Below are positions 54,225 to 64,000 of a DNA stretch of 64,000 nt, piece by piece. Below the pieces are notes generated by a model, which was given only the letters and a program-made list of their open reading frames with translations, ran no database searches and was not told the origin of the DNA. The translations under genes were made by a program, and so were the position numbers. Source of the stretch: Gnetum montanum (Eukaryota; Plantae; Gnetophyta); contig MNCI01001177.1 in the NCBI GenBank assembly GCA_015680685.1, positions 391,266-455,265 of the forward strand. Direction: 5' to 3'. Position 1 is the stretch's first letter. The number at the start of each line of letters is the position of its first letter.

Positions 54225-54674
54225 TTTTTTTTTTTTTGGAAAAAATGGAGCGAATTTTTATTCCCGAAACAGAAGGCTATACATCAGTACAGCGTGGGCC
54301 AGAGCTGCTGACCCCACACCGACTGTGGACCCCAACCCTGGGTCCCTCGCAAGTCCCTACCTTCGCAGGGCATCCTCGTTAGCGGGAAAATGTCCCATCC
54401 CCAAACCTTTACACAATGATTTGGACCAAGCCGGGCATGTCCCAGCGGTCTCCCCCCCCTCGGGGCTTTTGGGGGGTTCGAGGAGCCCCTACTCTCCTCG
54501 AAGGTTTGAAGTCTCGAAACTGGCTCTCCCGGGCCAACCGCCAGGCAACATCGATTTTCCTCAATTATCTAAGCATGTCATGTGGTCTCTGATAACGTTC
54601 TCGCATCCATTGCAATGTCTGGCTACACGATAGCGAGGGCAGTGACGGTTTCTCATAAAGCGGTCCCCCGGTCA
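54225..54674 (-). mobile_element. GC/CpG-rich poly(A)-tailed retroposed insert (SINE, LINE 3' end or retrocopied ncRNA)
   Basis: T13 at 54225-54237 and minus-strand AATAAA at 54257-54262. Abrupt GC-rich block in very AT-rich DNA with many stem-loops. No clean TSD. Confidence 0.6.
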
Positions 54675-57600
54675 AAATAGAAAGTGGAAGATGGATTAAT
54701 CTTTTGAGAGAAGAACTTATATGCAAGCTTTGTGGATCTACAACTCTTGCGGATGAGTATCATTTCTTTCTTATTTATCCTTTAAAAGATCATCAATATT
54801 GGAACAAAAAGTTGGTATGAATTATTTTTATTACATCCACAAGCACTTAGTCACTTTGTTGAATCTATTTTTATTTTCCATGAGATGATTGTATTGTCTA
54901 TCCAATAAATCATTTTTTTATTATTTTTGGTCTATAAACAGAATAAAATCTTCAATTTCAATTATACATAGTTGCTTGAATGCTCTAACTATAAGCTATA
55001 ATATTAATTATGTAATATCAAGAATATTATTTGCAAAGCCATATAATGTTAGCAAATCTTGAATGTGAGACTTTTATAAAGGAGCATTAATAGAAAACTT
55101 ACATCTAGGTATTCTTTCTAAAGTTCTTAGAAAAGTATCATCTCTACTTTGTCATGCAAGATGTTTGAGTCTAAATGCAACAAAATCCAATAGTATAATT
55201 ATGTTTTGTTAATAGTTAAAGTAACATCAGAAAATATTTTTGAAGTAAAATATACACTTGCATTACAAATTAAAAGAAGGTAATTAATATAAAGTAAGAT
55301 TATTCTCTTCAAACAGAAAAGGGACCCAACCCCAAAGTTAATTATTACTATATGACTATCAAGCACAATTGATAAACTTTATGTAAAGATTAGTAATGAT
55401 GTATTTTGTATAAATAAATAGATGAGGAAATCACTATTAATTTCTATCAACCTAATGAAATCTCATATCATTTTTTTAAATATACATCTCCATGTAATTT
55501 ATCTTGGATATGTAACATGGAAGCCACAAGTCTTTAATAAGATGTTTAATTACTGAATGACCCATTACTGAATATGGGTCATCAGTTGACTGATTGAATG
55601 CAATGATCATGCACTTGAGGATTATCTCTCTATTAAAATAAAAATAAAAATAAGTAGATGCTTAATTACCATTTGCACTTATCATTTTGGTTGCCTGTGT
55701 TTAATTTTGAAAGTAACCATGTATCCAATCCATATAACAAATAATGTACATTGGTGAAACTTAATCAAAGCATATTAATGCAAAAGCAACAAGTATAAAA
55801 CTTTAGTAACACAATAATCTTGCTACTCCAAAAGTTAATTTCAAAAATTAAAATCTTAAATAAATTTTTAATGAATTCAAAATAACAATTTCAAAATTTT
55901 GATTAAGAGTAAACTTGCCACAATAAAATTATGTTAAGTATATATTCTGATAGAGTTATTAAGTATGAATAACTATGTTTATTCTTCAAACTATTGCAAA
56001 AACATCTACAAATAGTGGGACTATTATTCTCTTAATAACTTTCTATTAATCTTCAAGCTGGAGTTCACCCAAATAACTAAGTACAAACCAAACCTAACCA
56101 ATATTTTAAAATGGCAAATTCATAAGTAACCCAAATTTTATAGAAAGAATCCACAAATAAAAAGAATGATAACTACTCATGTGAATGATTAAACAAAGTA
56201 AGCACTTTCGATTTATCCGTTCCAAAATTAGTAATGGGCTAAACGGTTTAGTAAAGATCTAAAGCTGTAAGTACTAGATACAACCTTCGGGGCAGGAACT
56301 AGTATAGCATAAATTTACATTTTTGTTTCTATTTTCCTTAAAATTCTGCTATTTAAATATCATATTGAAATTTTAAAACTACAATCAGTTTTTTAAAAAA
56401 AAAGAACAGATTTTTACGATCAAAATTTAAAACGCACGGAATACCGTTGTCAATTTCTGCGCCTCATTTAAACAATGCCCTTACCGTTAGACTAGGTTAC
56501 AATGTCACATTGGGTTTTCGAAACCCAAACAAAATTCAAAGAAATATATAAAAAGGATCATTCAAGCCAACAAAGGAAACAGTCGAAAAAAATACAACAT
56601 AAACCAGAATAAACTTCTGTTATCGTTTCTTGTATGACAGGAACTCTAAAACCTTCAACGACCATGCTATGTTTAGGTCGTAGACAACAACTACATTTTT
56701 CATTTGCTGCTGAAGGTACGCGTCATTATTCCATATTAAGAATCACACAAATAACATTGCAGAGAAAACAAATTCATGATGGAGCGACACATTAGATTTT
56801 TAACAGGAGAATCCAGGGCCCAAAAAAATTGAGGATAAGGTGGTAAGCACTCTGTACACGGCATAGGCAATCTCACTAGCGTATCTAACAAGTCCTCAGT
56901 TACCAATAATGAAAGAATTTCAATTTTGCAGAAAAGCGAGCTATAGTTACAAAGTAGGAATCTTTGGATTTTGCAGAAGCGGTTAACGTGGCGCGTTTTG
57001 GGGAATATGTTCCGAGACAAGGAGACTCATGAAAGCGAGACAACGATGAAGACAGATAAAAAGCAGATCAGCAGGGGAAAAAAAACCAACTTTTGCAGAA
57101 GCAACAGTAGCAGTCATGCTTTCTTTTTTCCTTTGTTGCTTGCATGGCAATGAGACTTGCTAATGGATTGCAGATTGTCGCCAGCGGATAGTCCATATCA
57201 ATAATCCTCCTTGGAGTTATACAAAATTCACTCGTACTCATTAAAATATAGTTCATGCAGTGCCATCCAGTCCAGAGAAGAAGCACAAATATGTATGTAA
57301 TCTTTATTTTTTAATAAAGAATATCAAGCAGCAGATTCCTGTCAAGCAAAAAGGTCGAGTATGAAACCGTGAAATCTCCGGTCAATGTGATGAGACACCC
57401 ACCACAACCCAAAACCAGCACAGACGTGGATGGCGTTGGGTTGGGTTTTCTCTTGTGCATCCCAACCGATGTAGTGAAAAGCGGCAGAGAATCCAAGGTG
57501 CTCAAGAAAAACTCACTCGACCTTAAAAAGCTTCCTTCTTCGATTGTGTTTCAAGTGTCAATTCAGAACTCTGCTACCGTAAGTCAAAAGACACGGCAAA

Positions 57601-60416
57601 TTGACAATGTGACCGTGCTTCTTTTTGATGCAGCAGCAAACTGCATGGAGGGTGGGCTCTTTTTCTTTCTTTCTTTCTGTTTCTCTCTTTTTCATTCCAT
57701 CTCTTCTGTCTTTGTTGACCTTACACTCCCTTCCAACTGTTTGTAACTTCCATACTGAAAGTTCTCCAATCTCCTCCATCATCATCATCATCATCATTTA
57801 CCATGATTCATTCCTCCATTCTCTCTTCTTCTGCATCCCCAAAAAAGTACTACTTGAGATTTCAACACCCTACTGCTGCTGTTGCAGAAGTAGCGGGGGA
57901 AAAAAAAAGGTCTGAACTTTTATCATGTAGATTAGGCTTTGGGAAGACTCAGCTTTTTTGTGTTGGGCTCTAGGTTTCCTTGAGGTGACATGAAAGGTCC
58001 TATGAAAGGCGCCCTTTTCAGTTGCATCATGCATTTTCTCCTCATCCACAGCCTTTCAAGTCATCATTAATGGGCTCTGAAGGTACTAGCCTGTGCCTCG
58101 GCCATCTATAAATCATCATAAGAATAATAATAATAATAGAGACTGGATATCTTCCTGATTTTCGTTTCCTGAATTATTTGATATCCCTTGCTTGCTAACG
58201 TACAGTGTTATGTACCGCCAAGACATGCAGTGGCAGGTCTCGAATCATGGACCCTCCCAGTCTCGTAACAGCCATAGCACAATTATGGTAAATACTGTAC
58301 CATGAAAATTACATGTCTACTTGGAGCTTCTTACAGTTTCTAACTTACACAGACCACAAACCTAAATGCATCACAAGGAACCAGTTCTGAGCTGTGACCC
58401 TTGGAAGAATCTGATACCCAGTGACCATCACCCACAGCATTCTTCACCTAAAATCAGTTTACCATCGCTATTAAACTCATAAGCATCTAACATCTATCTA
58501 CGCACAAACACGCGATGATAATGTGAGAAGCCAAAACGCTGCTCTAAACGCTATGAATTTATCAAAAGTTCGATACGCATAACGTTAATCGGATTTGCCG
58601 ATCTAAAATCTAGATACCCGTAACGCTGGATTGGACATTCTTATTTAAAATGACATGATGTGGAGACACAGTAGGGCAACAGCCACCCGTAACAGAATTA
58701 TTTTAGGGCATTGAATTCAAAGTGGATGTGTGGGAATCCTGGAATCTTGAGAGTTTTCAGGCGGAGTACAGCAATCAAACATTGGATTTATGACCACATT
58801 GATGTGGATCTTCCAGAAGAGTTGATGCGTCATTAATGGGTCTCTGATTCGGCTAATGGATGGAATCAAGATAGAAAATGGAAAGAGCGTGTCAGACTGT
58901 AAATGAGAGATCTGGGCATGACATCCAAATATAAACAGCCATGATAAAGGATCTAGCCATTCATTCATTTCTGATATCACCGGTCATACACTCCTCCAAT
59001 CACCATGACCTACGTTGACCACTGCTGCTTTAACTATTTTTAGGGCTTCATCGTCCCTGCATCTCTGTTTAAATGGCAAGATCGTCGTCTGCACCTAGAT
59101 ATCTCATCTGATTCCTCTTACTTTACTGATCATGCCATGTGTCATTGCAATGAATAAATGCAGTTCAGGTGTCTTTGTTGTTTTTGTTGCAAAATTTTAA
59201 GGTGAATTCTCCGTCTCAGTAGAGTCACCACTCACAGGTCAAGTCTTTTAAAAATTCCATGCGACCTTAATATTACACACTTTAAGATACTTGTGCTGAC
59301 AGCATTGTGAAGCAAAGTAGAACTTAAAATACAAATAACGGAATGAAAGTCAAATCGGATGATCTTGATTCAAGGTGGCTGGCTGTGACTCTGAGAAGGG
59401 TCTCATCAAATCTTCTCCAATCATGATTACCGATTGACCCACGAACCATGTGTGATGATGAAATTTTGGCAGACGACTTACGTTAAAGGTCAAATCTTAG
59501 GTTTTGGAACTCTTATGCACCCACATTTCCAGACTGTAGTGGAATAGTGAATTGACAATTGTGATTTTTTACAATAGGCAGAAAAATCGACAAGTGGGTT
59601 CTTGTCTGTAATCAAATACATGGTTTTCTTCTAACGGCAAAGATGTCATGCTAATTTTTTTTTTCAGTTGACTGATTGATTGATTGTTCCTATTGAATGC
59701 CAATGCATTCAAAGACATCACGAGCATTGACAGCCTTGAAAAACTAACATCATGATCGCCTCTGCACTTTGGTTAATTATAGTCTCAAGTATCAACGGGC
59801 AGCCATTTAAGACGTCAAAACCGGTGTATGCGTTTTTTATGCTTTCAATCTCAGAGATGGAAACCGATTTGGGATTAATGCATCCGTTAGAAAAGAAAAC
59901 AGGAAATGCTTGATAAACTGCTATTTAAGGCATCCGTTGCTTAAGAAGAAGGAGGAGGCAATGTTTAGAAGATAAAACATCATTTATCAAATAAAAGTGG
60001 AAAACGGTGATATTCGTACATCTCTCATGAACACTGCTGTTCTTGTTTCTCCATACGGTCTTACCTTACCCTCCTCAAGCCTTCCTACAGTGATTCATTC
60101 AACAAAGCCAAAGCATTGTCACACAAAATCAAGAAGAGACACTACAGTAATTTCAAGAATAGACGAATGTAACAGTAAAACAGCATCTTCGCTTAGATAC
60201 CAGTGCAGCTACAGCATCACCATTTTCGAAGAAAAATTGTCAAAACCAAGCTTGGCACTTCCGAGGCAGCATTACAGTCAGATTCTGATATTTTAACAGC
60301 ACTACATGCTCATGTCCTTGAAACCCCAAACAAAACAGCTGACGGAATATATCTATCTATCATGTTACTCATAGATGACAACTGATTAGCATGAAATGGA
60401 AGCAAGGACATTATTA

Positions 60417-60425
60417 CCTTACCTT
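60417..60425 (-). promoter_or_regulatory. Candidate 5' splice site downstream of the MIR166 hairpins
   Basis: Minus strand reads AAG|GTAAGG (donor G at 60422), ~85 nt 3' of hairpin 2. Acceptor not identified. Confidence 0.45.
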
Positions 60426-60504
60426 TACATCGAAGAGAAGAAACGCCGAACTTATTGCAGAAGCAAAAGCAGCAGAAAGGGAAGGAGAGAATAGTAGACA
60501 ATAG

Positions 60505-60610
60505 AGTTCTTGTTGAGGGGAATGAAGCCTGGTCCGGTGCCACTCGGCGCAGCTTTTAAGCCAAGCTCCGAGTGGCATCGAGCCAGACAACATTCCCCGC
60601 AACAGATGAA
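60505..60610 (-). ncRNA. MIR166: pre-miR166 hairpin 2 (3' hairpin); predicted mature CCGGACCAGGCUUCAUUCCCC at 60517..60537, star at 60576..60596
   Basis: 20/21 match to miR166. Star GGAAUGUUGUCUGGCUCGAUG. Upper stem tgccactcgg/ccgagtggca; lower stem tgttgagggg/ccccgcaaca. Confidence 0.95.
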
Positions 60611-60819
60611 TCCAGATCACTGAAACTTGGTCACCGTGATATCCATTCCAAACCTGATCTCAGCAAATTAATAAAAGAACTCACAATCAGATCGCCACCA
60701 TAACACAGAAACAACCCACAAAACACACAGAATGAGAGAATACAAACCTAGCTGATGGCGATCTTCACGAATTGAACTGGGCCGTAGTTGAGAGGAATCG
60801 ATGAGGATTGAAGAGAAGC

Positions 60820-61015
60820 CCAATTTGAGGGGAATGAAGCCTGGTCCGACGGCACCCACATAACATAAAGGAACAGCAAAGAAAACTACTGACTGAGCAG
60901 AATCAAGCAGCTAAATAACATTGGATAACTACACTGGTTCATGGATCTCATCTCATAGAGCGAGCCCATGAGGATGTGGGTGACCTCGAGCCAGACAACA
61001 TTCCCCCCAAACACA
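60820..61015 (-). ncRNA. MIR166: pre-miR166 hairpin 1 (5' hairpin); mature UCGGACCAGGCUUCAUUCCCC at 60829..60849, star at 60984..61004
   Basis: Exact canonical miR166 and canonical star GGAAUGUUGUCUGGCUCGAGG. Stem extension cacccacat/atgtgggtg; ~110-nt loop. Confidence 0.97.
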
Positions 61016-61156
61016 TGATCTTCTTGTGATGAGATAAAAATCCTTTGCCTCTTGTTGCGCTTACTCTCTCTCTCTTTCTTTTTCTCTCTCTCTCTTCTGC
61101 GGCTGCTTTCCTTTCACAAGTGTTTTTTTCACCTTTTTGGTGGGGATGAGAGGTCC

Positions 61157-61165
61157 TTAATATAG
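61157..61165 (-). promoter_or_regulatory. Candidate TATA box of pri-miR166
   Basis: Minus strand reads CTATATTAA ~145 nt upstream of hairpin 1, followed by a GA-repeat leader (61060-61100). Confidence 0.45.
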
Positions 61166-62249
61166 AAGACACACCCTACCACCGTGGGTGGGCAGCAAAC
61201 AAAAATCATCAAAAGATGGCCACGGCATTGACCACCACCTCCCTTGCAAAAGAAATACAAAAAGAAACCCAAAAGGTCTACCCTCTCGTTTGTCAGCATA
61301 CGCAACACACATCAAAAGGCAAAACCAGTAAACCAAACCCAGACCAAAGTAAAAAGGCAGGCAGGCAGGCAGCTGAAACATGGAAAAGATAAAATAGCAG
61401 CTACATAGATACAGAACCAAAGAGAAATGGCGGAGAGATTTAAGCCCAAGGCAAGCTACATCATCGTCAAAACTCTATAGTCTACACGTCTGGCTAAAGT
61501 TGGGTCGAAAGTTGAAACTGTCTAGGTAGATTAGGTACAAACATCATCATCCTACATTTTCCTATTGCCTATCTCCATCCATCCATCGATCTCAGCTCCA
61601 TCCATTCCATCACTCCAGGCTGCAAGAAAAACCTTCACCCAACCAATCAACAAACACAGACAAACTCACCACTGTTCAACTCCGGGCCTACTACACCATA
61701 GAGAATAGATGCACCTGCTGTAACCACCGTTCTGTCACACAAACAGCTAGCTACACATAGATCCATCCATCCATCCATACCTCTATCTATCTAACCTCAA
61801 ATAGCAGCAAGTAACTCTCACTCTTTAGGATTTTCCCTGAATCTATGAAGTATCCATGATCACCCACAACGGAAAGACACCCACTGATCACAAATTCAAA
61901 ACCCAACGTGGCTATACATATACATATACATATATATATATGATCACGATCCCACTAATGGAACAGAGAGCAAGCAAGTGCAAAAACCAGAAAATGGCTG
62001 CTGCTGCTCTCATGGAAATGCCAATTTGCCATGGAAGCAAGCAGCTGCCTGCAAACAATGGCCGGTGCTGTGCTCTTGTGTAGTGTGGTGCATGATAGAT
62101 ATGTGTATTATGTGGTGAAGGGGCTGAGGTGGGGGGTGGGGGTGGGTCTTTATAAAAGTCCTAAAAAAGCACAACCCGACAAGCCTCCTCCTGCAACATG
62201 AAACCCTAAACACAAATCCAAATCCAAACCCAAACCCAAACAGATAACA

Positions 62250-63560
62250 CCGCCAACTCTTCTCTCTACTCTTCGTCCTGTGGTGTTGCCGCAGACGTCA
62301 GCCCTACCCTTCCCTTCCCTACCCTAGGCCCAGGCCCCCGCCTAGCACGGGTCTCCCGCCCGTTCCCGCCGCCGCCGCAGCCGTCGGATGTGCGGCACCC
62401 CTCGTGTCCGCCGTCCGATCTACACGGGGGGCTGGGGCTTCAGCCCTGCTACGTTCCTTCTTTCCTTCGTTCGTGCGTGCGTGCATGGTTGGTGGTTGTT
62501 GTTGTTGTTGTTTGGTGGCTTCTTACATTTGCATTTGCATTTGCATCTTCTGCTCTGCTTTGGGTTTCTGAGTTGCTCTGTGGTTGGTCATTATCACCCA
62601 AATCAAAGCACAAACATACCCATGCCCAGTTACCCACACAGAATTCCCACGTCACGTCAAACCCCCCCATTTACCGCCGTAAAACGATCTACCCCCACGA
62701 TTCCATAAGTTTGTTCACCGCCCGCAGCTCCTCCGATAGCGACAATTGCAAGCCCAAATTTTAAAGTCTTTTATGATTGGCATTATGGTAGGACTAGTCC
62801 ACCAGATCGAGCACCTAAAAATATAAATACATATTTATGAAGTTAGAGCTGGTTTTGTTTTTTTTTTTTTTTTCTTTTTTTTTTTAAATCACCGTTGGCA
62901 GTACTGTGTACTTACTTAGTAGTTTTTACGGGACGGAGGAATATTTGGGGGACGTTCGGTTCCAAACTTGTAAGCCACGACGCTTCGGGTCGGTTCGAGG
63001 AGGACAAGCAGGGAGGAGCGGTTGTTTTACCGAGACGGTAAATGCGTCCAAAAAGGTAAGAAGAGCGAGGTAACAAAAGCATCGAACGGTGAAAAGCTGA
63101 AACAAGAAACAAAACGAATGGGGTTGGGCTGGGGCTGATGGTCCTCCAGGCAAGGCAAAGCTGTTTCCGAGGCTGAGGCACGGAAACCGAGGCAACGCCG
63201 AATTTAAAGGCATGGCAGGCTCGGCTGGACAGCGCCTGCAGGCGCCTCAGACGCGGTTCGGGCCCGTGCCTGGCAGGCAGGCAGCCGACGAAACGTTGGC
63301 GACCGGGTCAACGCTGTGGCGGGCGGGGGGCCCACCCGAGGGACTCGTACTGAAGCCACGGCCTCATCGCAGCGTCCCTGCAACGCCCACGGACGGCTGC
63401 GATTGCCCCGCTCCGGTACTCTTCTCTCGGCCGGCACGTGGTCATATTTAATGCCCCTGCCCGTACGATCTTATTATTGTGTTGGCATCTCGCCGGGCTT
63501 TGGACCAAAACGCCTCCTAAACACGGATTAGGGAGGATTTTGCGGGGGGTTTAGGGAGGG
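62250..63560. promoter_or_regulatory. GC/CpG-rich, apparently unmethylated regulatory island upstream of MIR166
   Basis: Dense CpG, ACGT/G-box cores (62648, 63435) and GTAC cores. A telobox aaaccctaa sits just left at ~62201. No coherent ORF. Confidence 0.5.
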
Positions 63561-64000
63561 CCATGGTGTTATTAAGGATGTTTTTGCAAGTGGAAGGAGG
63601 CCAAGGCAAAATATGTGGATTTGTGTGTGGTGTGACGGGGGGGGTCATGTCAATGGCGCGGTGTTCACGTGCATGAGTTAAGTGGTGTGTCTAATGCTGT
63701 CTCTCATTCGCTCTCTTTTCTTCTCTTCTTCTGTTTCAGTCTTCTTCAGTCGCAGTCTGCACTTGTTCTGTTTCTGATGATGCTGCAGCTACTGCTGTTC
63801 TTGTGTGCCTAATCGCTGATCGATGGCCTCACTCTGACTCGGTTGTTGATGTTGTATGTTGTTATGTGTATGAATCTTGGAAATTGTGAGTCGTTTGGTG
63901 TTACTACTAATACTAGTGGTCTTCATGCTCCTGCTGCTGCTTTCTCTCTCTCTCTTTCTCTCGATTATGCTGCTGCTGCTGCTGCCTGCTGTGCTGTTTT

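Noticed and set aside
54560-54660. CNGC..H..C peptide on the minus strand of the 54-kb insert as a LINE zinc knuckle
   Set aside because: Spacing does not fit zf-RVT/CCHC, the frame is very short, and there are no flanking LINE motifs.
55557-55582. 9-bp inverted repeat atgacccat/atgggtcat as a Helitron 3' end
   Set aside because: No CTRR terminus at the expected distance and no other element features.
58043-58065. miR396-like tccacagcctttc
   Set aside because: The 3' half diverges and no convincing fold-back duplex was found.
60414-61172. Minus-strand ORFs over the hairpins as miPEPs
   Set aside because: They start at non-ATG codons or within the hairpin arms. The shared GMLSGS peptide is just the translated miR166* sequence.
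62388-63531. Overlapping ORFs in the GC-rich island
   Set aside because: Open in several frames on both strands because of GC content and microsatellites; no recognisable domain.
63769-63788. miR172-like tgatgatgctgcag
   Set aside because: Only the 3' 14 nt match, the 5' seed differs, and there is no star arm nearby.

Overview
Land-plant nuclear DNA in two zones. Bases 1 to ~50.5 kb are a heavily deaminated (CG/CHG-depleted) nest of Ty3/gypsy LTR retrotransposons. A Tat/Ogre-type element A (1..16731) sits in the gag of a related older element B. B is also interrupted by a probable solo LTR carrying an L1 LINE fragment and by a pol-less Athila-type element D (25542..45993, TSD ACTGG). D's 5' LTR holds an inverted gag-pol Athila-type element C (26104..37378, TSD CGGAT), and C's integrase holds a young Tat-type solo LTR F (29098..30585, TSD TGTGG). 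Main candidate novelty: downstream of protease, both A and B carry a multi-exon antisense gene (in A it fills the ~6.5 kb gap between protease and RT). It encodes an FCP1/NIF (CTD-phosphatase-like) domain that appears to lack the catalytic aspartates, a plant-mobile-domain-like region and a coiled coil. A fixed-spacing palindrome TACGCT-N14-AGCGTA is shared by the LTRs and this gene's 5' region. After an AT-rich spacer containing a GC-rich, structured, poly(A)-tailed ~450 bp insert, the last ~8 kb retain CpG and hold a tandem MIR166 locus on the minus strand: one canonical miR166 and one 5'-C variant. No intact host protein-coding gene was recognised. All protein-family calls are by-eye motif matches, not database searches.
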